In this document: positions 13,440-27,919 of the stretch, one piece after another
Numbering within the stretch: position 1 is the first letter of the stretch
How the letters are laid out: each line of letters begins with the position of its first letter
From: the human T2T-CHM13v2.0 reference genome, Homo sapiens
Length of the DNA: 64,000 bases
Direction: 5' to 3' (one strand)
NCBI RefSeq assembly: GCF_009914755.1
Contig: NC_060925.1
Made by a program: the position numbers and the translations under genes
Notes under the pieces: model-generated
The model's input: only the letters and a program-made list of their open reading frames with translations
What the model was told of the DNA's origin: nothing
Database searches by the model: none

Positions 13440-15620
13440 CATCACGGATGCCGAGCTTCAGGTAACTCTCACAATGGAAGGTAAGCCCGTCCCCTTCTTA
13501 ATCAATATGGAGGCTACCCGCTCCACATTACATTCTTTTCAAGGGCCTGTTTCCCTTGCCTCCATAACTGTTGTGGGTATTGACAGCCAGGCTTCTAAAC
13601 CTCTTAAAACTCCCCAACTCTGGTGCCAACTTAGACAATACTCTTTTAAGCACTCCTTTTTAGTTATCCCCACCTGCCCAGTTCCCTTATTAGGCTGAGA
13701 CACCTTAACTAAATTATCTGCTTCCCTGACTATTCCTGGACTACAGCTATATCTCATTGCCGCCCTTCTTCCCAATCCAAAGCCTCCTTTGCGTCCTCCT
13801 CTTGTATCCCCCCACCTTAACCCACAAGTATAAGATACCTCTACTCCCTCCTTGGCGACTGATCATGCACCCCTTACCATCTCATTAAAACCTAATCACC
13901 CTTACCCCACTCGACACCAATATCCCATCCCGCAGCACGCTTTAAAAAGATTAAAGCCTGTTATCACTCGCCTGCTACAGCATGGCCTTTTAAAGCCTAT
14001 AAACTCTCCTTACAATTCCCCCATTTTACCTGTCCTAAAACCAGACAAGCCTTACAAGTTAGTTCAGGATCTGCGCCTTATCAACCAAATTGTTTTGCCT
14101 ATCCACCCCGTGGTGCCAAACCCATATACTCTCCTATCCTCAATACCTGCCTCTACAACCCATTATTCTGTTCTGGATCTCAAACATGCTTTCTTTACTA
14201 TTCCTTTGCACCCTTAATCCCAGCCTCTCTTTGCTTTCACTTGGACTGACCCTGACACCCATCAAGCTCAGCAAATGACCCAGGCTGTACTGCCGCAAAG
14301 CTTCACAGACAGCCCCCATTACTTTAATCAAGCCCAAATTTCTTCCTCATCTGTTACTTATCTCGGCATAATTCTCATAATAACACACGTGCTCTCCCTG
14401 CCAATCGTATCCGACTGATCTCTCAAACCCCAGCACCTTCTACAAAACAACTCCTTTCCCTCCTAGGCATGGTTAGCGCGGTCAGAATTCTTACACAAGA
14501 GCCAGGACCACACCCTGTAGCCTTTCTGTCCAAACAACTTGACCTTACTGTTTTAGCCTAGCCCTCATGTCTGCGTGCAGCGGCTGCCACTGCTTTAATA
14601 CTTTTAGAGGCTCTCAAAATCACAAACTATGCTCAACTAACTCTCTACAGTTCTCATAACTTCCAAAATCTATTTTCTTCCTCATACCTGACGCATATAC
14701 TTTCTGCTCACCGGCTCCTTCAGCTGTACTCACTCTTTAAGTCCCACAATTACCATTCTTCCTGGCCTGGACTTCAATCTGGCCTCTCACATTATTCCTG
14801 ATACCACACCTGACCCCCATGACTGTATCTCTCTGATCCACCTGATATTCACCCCATTTCCCCAAATTTCCTTCTTTCCTGTTCCTCACCCTGATCATGC
14901 TTGATTTATTAATGGCAGTTCCACCAGGCCTAATCGCCGCACACCAGCAAAGGCAGGTTATGCTATAGTACAAGCCACTAGCCCGCCTCTTAGAACCTCT
15001 CATTTCCTTTCCATCGTGGAAATCTATCCTCAAGGAAATAACTTCTCAGTGTTCCATCTGCTATTCTACTACTCCTCAGGGATTATTCAGGCCCCCTCCC
15101 TTCCCTACACATCAAGCTCGAGGATTTGCCCCCACCCAGGACTGGCAAATTAGCTTTACTCAACATGCCCGAGTCAAGAGACTAAAATACCTCTTAGTCT
15201 AAATAGACACTTTCACTGAATAAGTAAAGGCCTTTCCTACAGGGTCTGAGAAGGCCACCGCAGTCATTTCTTCCCTTCTGTCAGACATAATTCCTCAGTT
15301 TAGCCTTCCCACCTCTATACAGCCTGATAACAGACCAGCCTTTATTAGTCAAATCAGCCAAGCAGTTTTTCAGGCTCTTAGTATTCAGTGAAACCTTTAT
15401 ATCCCTTACGGTCCTCCGTCTTCAAGAAAAGTAGAATGGACTAAAGGTCTTTTAAAAACACACCTCACCAAGCTCAGCCACCAACTTAAAAAGGACTGGA
15501 CAATACTTTTACCACTTTCGCTTCTCAGAATTCAGGCCTGTTCTCGGAATGCTACAGGGTACAGCCCATTTAAGCTCCTGTATAGACGCTCCTTTTTATT
15601 AGGCCCCAGTCTCATTCGAC
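13440..15620 (+). pseudogene. HERV-H pro/pol remnant
   Basis: Protease-like VPFLINMEAT (catalytic DTG lost); RT motifs YNSPILPV, VQDLRLIN, VLDLKHAFF; integrase-like fragments; many stops. Confidence 0.85.
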
Positions 15621-16223
15621 ACCAGACCAACTTAGACTGTGCCCATAAAAACTTGTCATCCCTACTATATTCTGTCTAGTCATACTCCTATTCACCATTC
15701 TCAACTACTCATACATGCCCTGCTCTTGTTTACACTGCCGGTTTACACTGTTTCTCCAAGCCATCACAGCTGATATCTCCTGGTGCTATCCCCAAACTGC
15801 CACTCTAAACTCTTGAAGTAAATAAATAATCTTTGCTGGCAGGACTATGCTGAATGTCCTTAGGCACTCTCTAATCAGATGTCCTAGGTCCTCCCAATTC
15901 TTAGACCTTTTATACCTGTTTTTCTCCTTCTCTTATTCCATTTAGTTTTTCAATTCATACAAAACCGTATCCAGGCCATCACCAATCATTCTATACGACA
16001 AATGTTTCTTCTAACAACCCCACAATATCACCCCTTACCACAAGACCTCCCTTCAGCTTAATCTCTCCCACTCTAGGTTCCCACACCGCCCCTAATCCCG
16101 CTTGAAGCAGCCCTGAGAAACATCGCCCATTCTCTCTCCATACCACCCCCCAAAAATTTTCACTGCCCCGACACTTCAACACTATTTTGTTTTATTTTTC
16201 TTATTAATATAAGAAGGCAGGAA

Positions 16224-16655
16224 CGTCAGGCCTCTGAGCCCAAGCCAAGCCATCGCATCCCCTGTGACTTGCACATATACACCCAGATGGCCTGAAGTAA
16301 CTGAAGAATCACAAAAGAAGTGAAAAGGCCCTGCCCCGCCTTAACTGATGACATTCCACCATTGTGATTTGTTCCTGCCCCACCTTAACTGAGTGATTAA
16401 CCCTGTGAATTTCCTTCTCCTGGCTCAGAAGCTCCCCCACTGCACCTTGTGACCCCCGCCCCTGCCCACCAGAGAACAACCCCCTTTGACTGTAATTTTC
16501 CATTACCTTCCCAAATCCTATAAAACGGCCCCACCCTTATTTCCCTTCACTGACTCTCTTTTTGGACTCAGCCCACCTGCACCCAGGTGAAATAAACAGC
16601 TTTATTGCTCACACAAAGCCTGTTTGGTGGTCTCTTCACATGGACGCGCATGAAA
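16224..16655 (+). mobile_element. HERV-H 3' LTR
   Basis: Copy of the 5' LTR with 10 substitutions and one 2-bp indel by manual comparison. Confidence 0.93.
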
Positions 16656-17989
16656 CCTGGGACTCTGGAAGTGGAACTGAGAAAGAAAAGTCAGTTTTGG
16701 TCTGGGTGCCTGAACATCATGATGGAAAACTTAGGGGGTTTCTGGTGGAGTGTTTTGTCATGTTACTGGTAAAGCAGAGGAGACTGATTATTGGTGATAA
16801 AAGCAAGAATGGAGCAGACCTGCAGAGAAATGTAAGCATGAGTTTTCAGTGGCTGGTATATAAAAGTTAAGCAGAGCTTTATGCAGTATTAAACAATATT
16901 ATTACAGCTCCCAGAAGCCCGGTTTATACTGATTTCATATGAACGGCACCCCTTACAGCACAACTGTGTGGCATGAATGGTGTCCCCTGGACTTGTGCTA
17001 TGAGGCAGTCCTACTTTTAGTTGGGGATGGGGCTGTAGATAAAGGCCAGGGCCAAATAATGCAGATATTGTATATCATTTAGAGCAGGAATAAAATATGT
17101 GTTGTGATTCTACATGTCTAAAACCCATGGCAGACATCACTAATTCTCATGGTCCACCTACCTGTTGAACTCCAACATGTCCTACTCAATACAGCACCCC
17201 AGAGAGTCACTATCAATCAGCATATACTTTGTCTATGTACTTCCTGGCCTGACAACAGCTATAACATGAAACTCATAAGTAGCTGTATCTCAGCAGCAGA
17301 TGGTTTCCCTCTCGTTAGAATAAACACTGGGTATTATATCAAAGTTAAGGAAATCTTTTGCTTTTGATCTGAGGACCCAGAAAATTTGGAACCAGTCTTC
17401 AAACTTAGTGGTAACATGGTATCACTTAATTAACTTGATTTAATACTAATAATGAACAGGATTCTGGAATGTTCACTAATTGTGTGAATTCTGAAATCGT
17501 GTTGTTTCCTCGGCTTGGTATTCCCTTCCTGTTTTCTATTTGCCAAACTCTTAGATAGCCTTCAAGGCCCATTGAAATGCTCCCATTTTCACACCTTTTC
17601 CTTGACATTCTCTCTTGGAGAAGTAATTGCTCCCCATCTGTTATTGTACATGAATTTACTCTCTTCTCTATTATAGCTTGTTTACTATTGAATTTTATTC
17701 ATTGCTTGTGTATCTTACCTAGAATCTAGATCCCACAGGATAAGGATTGTATTTTAAATATTTTAAGCAGCCCTTAGCATGTAAATACTTGCCTGAATGA
17801 CAGTGAAACTGTGCTTTCACGTGCGAAATACTTTGGGTAGTTTGTCTTAAGAAAACACCCTCAAGTCCTGAGAAAACCAACCAAGTCAATATATTAGGAT
17901 AAGACTTCCATATGGGGACCAACTAATCTCTTCTAGTTTACATTTGAAGCAGCAATTGTTGAAAAGAAAAATATGAATATTTTAAAATA

Positions 17990-19620
17990 AAAAAACTAAA
18001 ATTTAAAATCATAAAAACATCCAAGAACACTTCATGAAATTTCTATTTTTAAATTTTGGAGCCAGGAAAATCTAAGTATGACTTGAACTCTAAATGCCAT
18101 AAGAAAAGATTAATAAACTCAATTAGATAAAAATAAAAATAACCTTTTTATTTATAGTAAAAGCTATTATAAAGCGAAACTCAAAATGCAAGAAATATTT
18201 GACATTCCTGTTGAAAAGAGCTCCTACAAATCAGTAAGAAAAAGACCATCAAAAGGGCAAAGAAAATATAGAAATACAAAAATATAGAAAAGAAAATACA
18301 ACTGGCTATTAGGCATGTGAAAAGATGTGCAATCTCATTTACATTAAGAGAAATGCAAATATATGATACCATTTTTAAAACATCAGATTTGAAAAGATTA
18401 AAAAATGTTTTATGACAAACACATAGAATAGGTAAAGGGGTGGGAAAACATGCATTCTTCTACACGGCTGGAGAAAGTATAATTGATAAAACCTTTAAGA
18501 AAGGCAATTTAGCAATATCTCCCTTAAATGCCCTCCAACTGACCTTAACTTTCACCTTTAGGAATTGATCTACAAATAGGCTTGAACATATGTAAAATGA
18601 CTTGTGTATAATGCTATTCACTGTAGCACTGTTTGTAACTGCAAAAGATCAGAAACCACCTAAATCAATAGGGAAATGGTTAAGTAAATTATGGTACATT
18701 TATTTATATAATAGAATTATTATGCAGTCATAAAAATAAAATTGTTATCGGAAAGTGGTCCCAATCCAGACCCCAAGTGAGCGTTCTTGGATCTCACACA
18801 AGAAAGAATTCAAGGCCAGTCTGTAAAGTTAAAGCAAGTTTATTAAGAAAGTAAAGGAATAAAGAATGGCTACTCCATAGGCAGAGCAGCCCCGAGGGCT
18901 GCTGGTTGCCCATTTTAACGGTTATTTCTTGATGATATGCTAAACAAGGGGTGTATTATTCATGCCTCCCCTTTTTAGACCATATAGGATAACTTCCTGA
19001 TGTTGCCATGGCATTTGTAAACTGTCATGGTGCCGGTGGGAGCGTAGCGGTGAGGATGGCCAGAGGCAGAGGTCACTTTCATTGCCATCTTGGATTTGGT
19101 GGGTTTTGGCCAGCTTCTTTACTGCAAACTGTTTTATCAGCAAGGTCTTTATGACCGGTATCTTGTGTTGACCTCCTATCTCATCCTGTGACTTAGAATG
19201 CCTTAACCATCTGGGAATGCAGCCCAGTAGGTCTCAGCCTTATTTTACCCAGCTTCTATTCAAGAAGGAATTGCTCTGGTTCAAATGCCTCTGAAGGGAA
19301 TAAGGAAGTTCTTTATGTATTGATAGGAAATTACCACCAAAATATACTGTTAATGAAAAAAGCAAGGAACAGAACACTATATATAGTATGTTAGTATTTA
19401 TGTACACAAAGGGGTAAAATCTTATATAGGTATTTGCCTGTAAATGCATACACTGTATCTGGAAGGATGCCTAAGAATTAAGTGACAATAGTTGGTTGTC
19501 AAAAGAGGAACTAGGGTGGAATGGAAAATTACCACAGTACATATTTCTTACCTTTTGAATATTGAACAATATGAACAAATTATTTGAAAACGAATAAAAA
19601 CTAAAATGAATAAAATACAG
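17990..19620 (+). mobile_element. Old L1M (L1ME-like) 3' fragment interrupted by MER41A
   Basis: A-rich degenerate ORF2-end/3' UTR sequence on both sides of the LTR. Confidence 0.6.
18743..19294 (-). mobile_element. MER41A-type solo LTR (ERV1) inserted in an old L1M
   Basis: Minus strand reads TCAGAGGCATTTGAACCAGAGCAA...TGCCATGGCAAC...AATAAACTTGC...CCGATAACA, matching the remembered MER41 consensus; lacks the GAS-containing segment of MER41B. Confidence 0.85.
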
Positions 19621-21022
19621 AACCATTGGCTAATGAATACACTGACCTTTAACTTAGCAAATTGAAGAAAATCTTAGTTGCCCTGGCATCTTGATTCAAT
19701 TTTTGGAGAAACAAAAGGAAGTATGATGTTATTCAGAGGCATTGGCCATTTAAGTTATTCATTACCCTAAGGGTTGACAGAATTAGAAAAATCTACGTAT
19801 AAAGTCAAGGACGGTGATATAAATTCATGGATATAATTTAATGGTTATCTTTAAGGAAAACAAGGGGTATTGGGTCACATCTCTGCTCTTAGAAGGTGAT
19901 GCCACAGAATAATGAACAGATCATATAAACTCCCATAGTGCCACTGTTAGCCAGATATGAGCTGGAATTCTGTTCCTCAGCCACTTTCTCTGGTGACTTC
20001 TGGCAAAGCTAAACACTATAGGGGCTGCACGTGGTACTCATGGTGGCTCTGATTTCCACCTAAGGCTGATAAATTCCCTTCTTAACTGTCCACATTGAAG
20101 TGAATTGAAATTCTTTGTGACTAAACTTGATTGGCTCTAGGGTATTTGAACCCAAGAATTATTTTACTCTTTGTATAGTTCTCAATTTGTACTTCTGATG
20201 TGTTGCCCTATTCAGGTACCCTAAGAACCTGTGTATAAATTAAGGATTTCTTAGGTGACTTGGCTCGTTCAATGTTATGCAACCAAGAGATATTTGTTGA
20301 ACATCAACTATGCCAAGTGAATGTGGGGATGAGTAAGAGCCAGCTACTATGACTTCAGGGGGCCCATACAGTCTAGCAGCAAGGTCAAGAGGGTGTGTCT
20401 TGCAGAGCAGGAGCTAACTGCTAGGCTGGAAAATACGGGAGTTTTAGAATGCTTTGGAATTCAGGTGGGTCATACACTACTCAATTTGTGTTTCATGTGG
20501 TGTGGATTCTAGGGAACTGTTTCAGAGAGAAATAAGAGATGTAAACATAGATTATTTATGTTGATTACTCTTACACACTCAAGTAACAGAAATGATAAAG
20601 GAAAATAGAAATGTTAAAGTGAATGCTGTGTCCCATGTTGCTTGTGGTTGGATCATCAATGTGGTGAAGTAGCACCACCTTGAGGCAGATGACATGCTGT
20701 ACCTCTGTGGGCTTCCCGGGCCTCCTCCATATCTGGAATCATACAAGAGGCACCTGCACAGAACGTTTTCACATTGGGGTTTTCACATATTGTACTAGTG
20801 ACATTGGGGTGAGGGGGAGAGGGAGTGGGGCAGAGGTCCCGCGGCAGGAATATGGACAGAAGCAGCCTTGTTTAAGGGCACTTGGTTCTACAGAGGCCGT
20901 TGGTCTGTTCCTTAATTGGGTGTGTTTTTCAATTATTTTGGTGCTTTTAACATATTTTGTCTGTAAGGGGATGTTAGTTGTAAATCTAAAGGAAAAATTG
21001 TGTATCTAAAAATTAATCAATC

Positions 21023-21324
<302 letters not shown>

Positions 21325-21508
21325 TTAATTTTCTTTTTTACCTTTATACATGGGGTTAAACTAAGTGATCATCAATGTCTATTTCAGCTAATAAAACATT
21401 ATGATTTCCTATAATTTTACTTTCTTGAATCTATCACGGAGATAGTTTCTGATCCTGTTAATAATTTGCACCATCTAGAATTCTTATGTTAAAAACATTA
21501 AAACTGCA

Positions 21509-21903
<395 letters not shown>

Positions 21904-22842
21904 TCACTTGGACCGTTTGTCCTTTCTGCCCCTCCAAAGGATTAGTTCAAATTAATGTCTCACTTTAAATACTCTGATCCACCCTGATTTTGTTGTTCTC
22001 CCAACATTGACTAACTGCATTTACAGTCAAATGCTAAATTGTATGACGTTAATTCTCTTTTTTTTTGTATGACATAATTTTCAGGTGCTTAACCTTACTT
22101 CCCAATTAGGCTGAGAGCAAACTGGTGAACAAGATTCAGACCTTATTCTTCTGTTATGTCCTCATGATCCTGGGATCCACAGGAAATGCTTTAAAAAGAA
22201 TTCGGTTAATTTGTACCATCTACACATTGATTTCACCCATGTTCATGTCCTTAAAATATCATCATACTTGTCATCAAGTATGACTGTTACCGAAATGGTG
22301 CTGTTACCCAATGACCAAGAAGGGGTATGTTTTCCATTTCTTCCCTTTTGTAAAATGCCAAAAAAGAAACCAAATAGTAAAAGCACTGAGATTAAAGGAG
22401 GAGAATGGGAGGTAAACAACTACTTTTGTGCTAAAAGTGTCCTATGGCATTTATATATATTTTTTCCGCAATTAATCCTATTCCCAACTCTTCACCAAGG
22501 ATAGTACTGTGTCATGGTTACTATACCCTGGGCTGACATTTAGTCAGGAGGCAACAGTTGAACCAGTTGTTTCCAGCTAGTATCCATTTTGACTCGGTCT
22601 CTATATTATACTACTTGTTAAATATTTTTAGTATCTCCCCTCAGTAAAGCTGATAGACTGGCAGATTCTAAATACACCCACCCATTCTTGTGAACAAATA
22701 TGAACTCCAGAATTTTTCCAAACGCTTCAGTTATGAAAGTGATGTTAAGAAGGATTTTATGAAAAAGCATTCAGTATCATTTGATTTTAAAGTTTGTAAT
22801 TGGTTATGCTATACCTACTTGACTACCTCTAATACCTATTGG

Positions 22843-23000
22843 CTAAGGCACAGTGGCATGTGCCTGTAGTTCCACCTTTTCGGGAGGCTGAGGCAGGACT
22901 GCTTGAAGCCAGGAGTTTGAGGCCTCAGTGCACTATGATCACACCTGTGAACAGCCACTGCACTCCAGCCTGGGCAGCATAGCAAGTCCCCATCTCTAAG
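22843..23000 (+). mobile_element. Alu monomer (FRAM/AluJ arm)
   Basis: Single Alu arm flanked by a TAATACCTATTG duplication. Confidence 0.75.
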
Positions 23001-23477
23001 TAATATTTAAGAATAATACCTATTGCTTAGCTTATCTTCACCCATAGGACCCTGAATTGCCTGGAAGTGTTTTAAAGTGGGAATCTAGTCAGGTGAAGAT
23101 CGAAAGCAAACAGAAGTCGCTGTGAGTAGGTAAGTACAAGAAATAGATTTGAGGTGAAAGAAAGAGAATTTTGGAGGCTGGGAGTGAATGACTGCAGCTG
23201 CTAAGCTACTTTGCACTTTCTAGTCTAGGTCTTTGGGCAGTGATACTACATATAGGTATTCAGCTGCCATCCAGAAGGCTATGGAATCACTCCAAAGGCT
23301 TCAGTAGTGCTCTGACATCATTCATGACTCTCTTCTCTATCATCTTATATCTATATAGTCTTATAAAAACCCTACCAAACTGTTCTTGTTAAGAGTACAG
23401 TACTTGGTGGTAGAAGCAGAAAACCTTTCCTCTTAATTAACCATACATTCATAATTGTTAAAGTCAGAGAAAAATAA

Positions 23478-24813
23478 ATTATTCAACACTGACATTTTAT
23501 TTTCTGAAGTTTTATCATTTTTACAAAACAAAACAAAATGAAACAAAAAGCAGGTATCAAAAACAGCAAAGAGTTTATAGAATTTCTGCACCAGTTTGCA
23601 CATAAGTCAGTGATTACAAAACTGGCATCCAATGTAAATACTAAGCACAAGCTCACTTCCCTCTTGGTCAGGTGGTTTGTTTTAGAGCTACTCGATATTT
23701 ATAACTTTTTATAAGCACCGGTCATTTTTTGAGAACTGATTTGGTTTGTCCAACAAAGTAAACAATTTTTTGCTGTGTGGCAGTTTCTTTTTTTAGAAAA
23801 CACTGAGCTAAAACACAGAATGTGTATTTGTTTGGATCTGAACCAAATCTTTTGAGATCCCAACTACCCTGAAGAACACTGAAGACATTTACGGGGCATA
23901 TTAAATGGTATCTTAAATACTAGTTGTATACCTCATAATGTCTAAGGCAGCTATTATATTTCTAAAGAAAGTAGCATTTCATTCAGAGGCTGCCCAGAGT
24001 TTAAATTACACCATAGTTTTTCTTTCTTTCTGCAAATCATTCTTTCTGATTTGCAGTTTTTTCCAAACAGAGCCATATTAGTGGAACAAAAGTTTGATGT
24101 TCATGCCCAACAAGCTCTGATATTTTATGGATACATTTGTATAAAGCAAGACTTCTTGCTCTGAACCCTGGGTGACCACAAATAAATTGAGGGGCCATGA
24201 TTATTGGATGCTGAGAGAAAGTAGCATACTTAAACCCACAGTACAGATAATCAGGAGGCAAGCAAAAACAAAGCTATAACTTAGCAGTGGTATTCACCCA
24301 CCACTTATTCCAAAAACATATTTTGCTTATTAAATAAGGGAAATATGGTCCAGTTTTGCAATGTTAATAGCTGCCAGTCTCTCATATTTTTTATAAATAT
24401 CATTTCCTGACTAGCAATGAGCTAGGAAACTGGCCTCAAATTCTGACCAAATCTCTCAGTATTAGTTAAAAATAATACAAAACAAAACAGAACAAAAAAC
24501 CAGCCAACAGGGGTTAAAAGTTGCACAATTAAACTTGAATGTAAATTATACTATATACAGATTGGTATAAACATCACTGAAATGGTTTTGAAAGGATGAA
24601 ACACTTCTATTTTAACACAATTTCTTCTATATTATCCCAATTTTCATTAAAGGACAACTGATATGTAATTTTTTTCTTTACAGATATGAAAAAGCAAGAA
24701 GGCAAAGCTGAGAGAAACAGATGCTACCCACAGGGCAGCGGTGGCATTTGGTTGTTTTGGTCTTTGTACCAGCAATTCCCACTCCCGAGGCAGATAATCC
24801 ACTTCCTGCCAGA
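23478..24813 (-). other. ARPC5: ARPC5 3' UTR (proximal form) with AATAAA at 23501-23496
   Basis: AU-rich unique sequence after the stop; minus-strand AATAAA followed by U-rich sequence; cleavage position approximate. Confidence 0.7.
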
Positions 24814-24876
24814 CTACACAGTTTTTCTTGCAGTCAAGACACGAACAATGGACCCTACTCCTCCAGCAGCAAGTGC
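24814..24876 (-). CDS. ARPC5: ARPC5 coding exon 4, 63 nt including stop
   Basis: TTTTTAG|GCA acceptor; [23 protein letters not shown]; the four exons sum to 456 nt = 151 aa + stop. Confidence 0.97.
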   Translation of the reverse strand, partial: [20 protein letters not shown]

Positions 24877-25173
24877 CTAAAAACAAACCAAGATGTAAAT
24901 GTTGACAGAATAATAAAAGGTCAATTCTCATATTTGGTAAAACATTTTTCTTAAAGAAGGAATGGGCACTGCTATAGACCCTGAATTTATTAGTTAACAA
25001 ATAATAAATTCTTGAGCACCAATTATGCACCAGGTACTGTTCTTGGCACTGAGGTTACAGTAATAAACAAAACCTTGAAAGTCCCTGCCCTCATGAAGTT
25101 ACATTCTAGTGAGATACTAGTTTACATTTTAGTACATTAATTCTAAATAATGTTTTAAAAAATCTGCAGCATA

Positions 25174-25549
<376 letters not shown>

Positions 25550-25739
25550 TCAGAAGAAAATTCAAACTGGGATCAACCATCCCAACTTCCACTTCGATTA
25601 GTCAGCCTTTGTCAGATTTTTTTTCTCCCAAAGAAAGAAGGTATTGTTTAATAGCTAAGAACTTAGAAACTTTAACTCTGACTCTAATTTGAAAAATAGA
25701 GAGTAATGATCAAGTATTAGGAATCTGAGCTCTGGTTTC

Positions 25740-26390
25740 TTTCTGTTCAAAAAATATTTATGGAATACCTTTGTATACTGAGTACTGTGCTAGATGCTGG
25801 GGATACAAAAGTGAACAAATACAGCATTTTCTGGTCTAGCATGAGGAGACAGACATATAAACAGGTAATTTTAATCTAATGTATGAAATGAGAGTTGTGC
25901 TGCAGGTGCTATTAAAGCACCAGGGAGAGGCTTATACCCAGATTAACAGTATAGAGGAATGTTTCAGCTAAGGCTTCATGGAGGAAATGACACATTAAAA
26001 GAATGAGTAGGTGACAGGCTAACACCAGAAAATCATGAGCAAATGTATGGAGGTGTGAAACAATATGGTGCATTCAGGAAAAAGGCTGGCATTGCTATAG
26101 CCTGAGGGGAAGAATGACATGGAAGATGAAGCTAGACTTGGGAACTTTGACTTTATCCTGCAGGTGACTGACAAGGGCAATTTTGATTTTAAAGATATCA
26201 TTTTGATGGCTGGGTGGAGAACAGATTTGAAGGAGGCAAAACTGTTAACTGGGAAACCAGTCAGGAAGCTATGGCAACAGACTGGGAGAGATGCTGTGAA
26301 CAGCTGCATTAGATACGCTTGAACAGATAGATTTCAGAAATACTTCGAAGATTGGTAAAAACTGGTGACTGACATTTGGAAGAAATGAAG
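25740..26390. mobile_element. L2 fragment in ARPC5 intron 3
   Basis: L2 3'-end-like sequence (AATATTTA..GTACTGTGCTAGATGCTGGGGATACAAAAGTGAACAA). Confidence 0.55.
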
Positions 26391-26994
26391 ACTTCACACA
26401 TGCCTCAGTTTCCTCAGTGACAAAAGAGGAATAATAGCAAGCATTTCCCTCCATTTTTATGAGGATTAAATGAGTTAATATTTATAAAGTCCTTTGAAGA
26501 ATATGTGGAATATAATAAGTAATCAATGTTCACTGCAATCTTGAGGCTATGCTAGAACTACGCTGCTTGGGTTTTAAAGCTAGCTTTTCATCTGTAAATT
26601 GAGGATGATAAAGATATTTATATACTTCACAGGGTTGTTGTAAAGGTTAAATAAAACATTAATAGTATGGTACCTGGCAACAGAAAGTGTTCCATGAATA
26701 GGGTGCCATATAAATTACTACCCAAATTGGTGCATTTTAGAGTAAAAGGGGGAACTATTGTTTTACTATGTGCTTTTTTCTTATGTTTGTGTTTTCACTC
26801 AGATACACTTCAAACACTCAATATTTTTATGACTGGTTCTATTTACATGTTATCCAGTTTTTTACCCAAAGCTCAAAATCACTTATACTCTTTTGACAGA
26901 TGATGTACCAGCATCTACTTACATTGCAAAATATACACATGAAAATAGAAAAACATGATTTAAGAATTCTTGATCCTCCAAACTCCTAATTCTT

Positions 26995-27450
26995 TAAAAA
27001 AGTTGTAAAATATCTAACACAAAATTTGCCATTTTAACCATCTTTAAGTGTAAAATCCATTGGCATTAATTATATTCACAATGTACTGTAGCCATCACCA
27101 CTATCTGTTTCCAAAACTTTTTTACCACTCCAAGGAGGAACTCTGTACCTATTAAGCACTAACTCCCTATTCCTTGCTTTCCCTACTTCCTAGTAACCTC
27201 TAAGGACTTTCTGTCCCTTTGTGTTTGCCTATCCTAGATTATTTCATATAAGTAAAATTATAAAATATTAGTTCTTTTGTGTTTGGCTCATTTCACTTGG
27301 TATGTTTTCAAGGTTTATTAATGTTATAGCATGTGTCAGAATGTCATTCCTTTTAATGGTTGAATCATATTCCATTGTATGTATGTACCACAATTTAGCT
27401 GTTCATCTGTTATGATCCTTGTGTTGTTTTCACCTTTTGGTCACTGTGAA
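26995..27450 (-). mobile_element. Old L1M 3' UTR fragment
   Basis: L1MA/MB-like 3' UTR motifs (CCATTTTAACCAT..AAGTGTA, TATTCCATTGTATGTAT). Confidence 0.65.
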
Positions 27451-27742
27451 AGAATTCTTGATTTGTATTGCTTATTTTCTTTTACAAAGTTTTGATTTAA
27501 TTCAGAGTTCAAGATTATGTTTAATTACTAATAATCATTGTTGAATAAACACAAGTGTTGGAATCAGAATCTCTTAAGACCAAGGCTAGTAAACATAAAT
27601 ATGAACTATCCTTTTCATGCATTTTATTTGTAATAACAAAAATGTACAACAAATCAAAATGGTTATTTAGGTGAGAGAGGTTGTCATTGTCATTCCCTAT
27701 TGTAAAAGAACCAGTCATATAGATTTATAATTCATAACTTAC

Positions 27743-27919
27743 CTTTTCATGCCATTGCAGTAACATAGCACTGCTATTGTCAGACGGGCTCTCAAATCCT
27801 TTATAAATATACTTCATTAGGAGATCCACACCATTCTTGTCCAGAGATTGAACTGCCTTTTCTATATCATTAGCTTTAAAAGAGATGAGCACCTTCAAGA
27901 CAATGCTGCCTGCCCGGTC
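27743..27919 (-). CDS. ARPC5: ARPC5 coding exon 3, 177 nt
   Basis: CAG|GAC acceptor; [59 protein letters not shown]; donor AAG|GTAAGT. Confidence 0.97.

Larger units (their letters stand above)
10492..16655 (+). mobile_element. HERV-H provirus (common internally deleted form) with two LTR7-family LTRs
   Basis: LTRs 10492-10925 and 16224-16655; CCTGG TSD at 10487-10491 and 16656-16660; His-tRNA PBS; PPT AAGAAGGCAGGAA at 16211-16223; degenerate gag/pro/pol. Confidence 0.97.

Noticed and set aside
18743-19294. Interferon-gamma-inducible MER41 enhancer
   Set aside because: The sequence runs AAAAAGGGGAGG directly into CATGAATAAT, lacking the tandem GAS (TTCNNNGAA) segment of MER41B
26962-27462. 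AAGAATTCTTGAT repeat flanking the L1M fragment as a TSD with a short 3' transduction
   Set aside because: The element is old and the ~25-bp spacer is too short to distinguish from a decayed tail or chance
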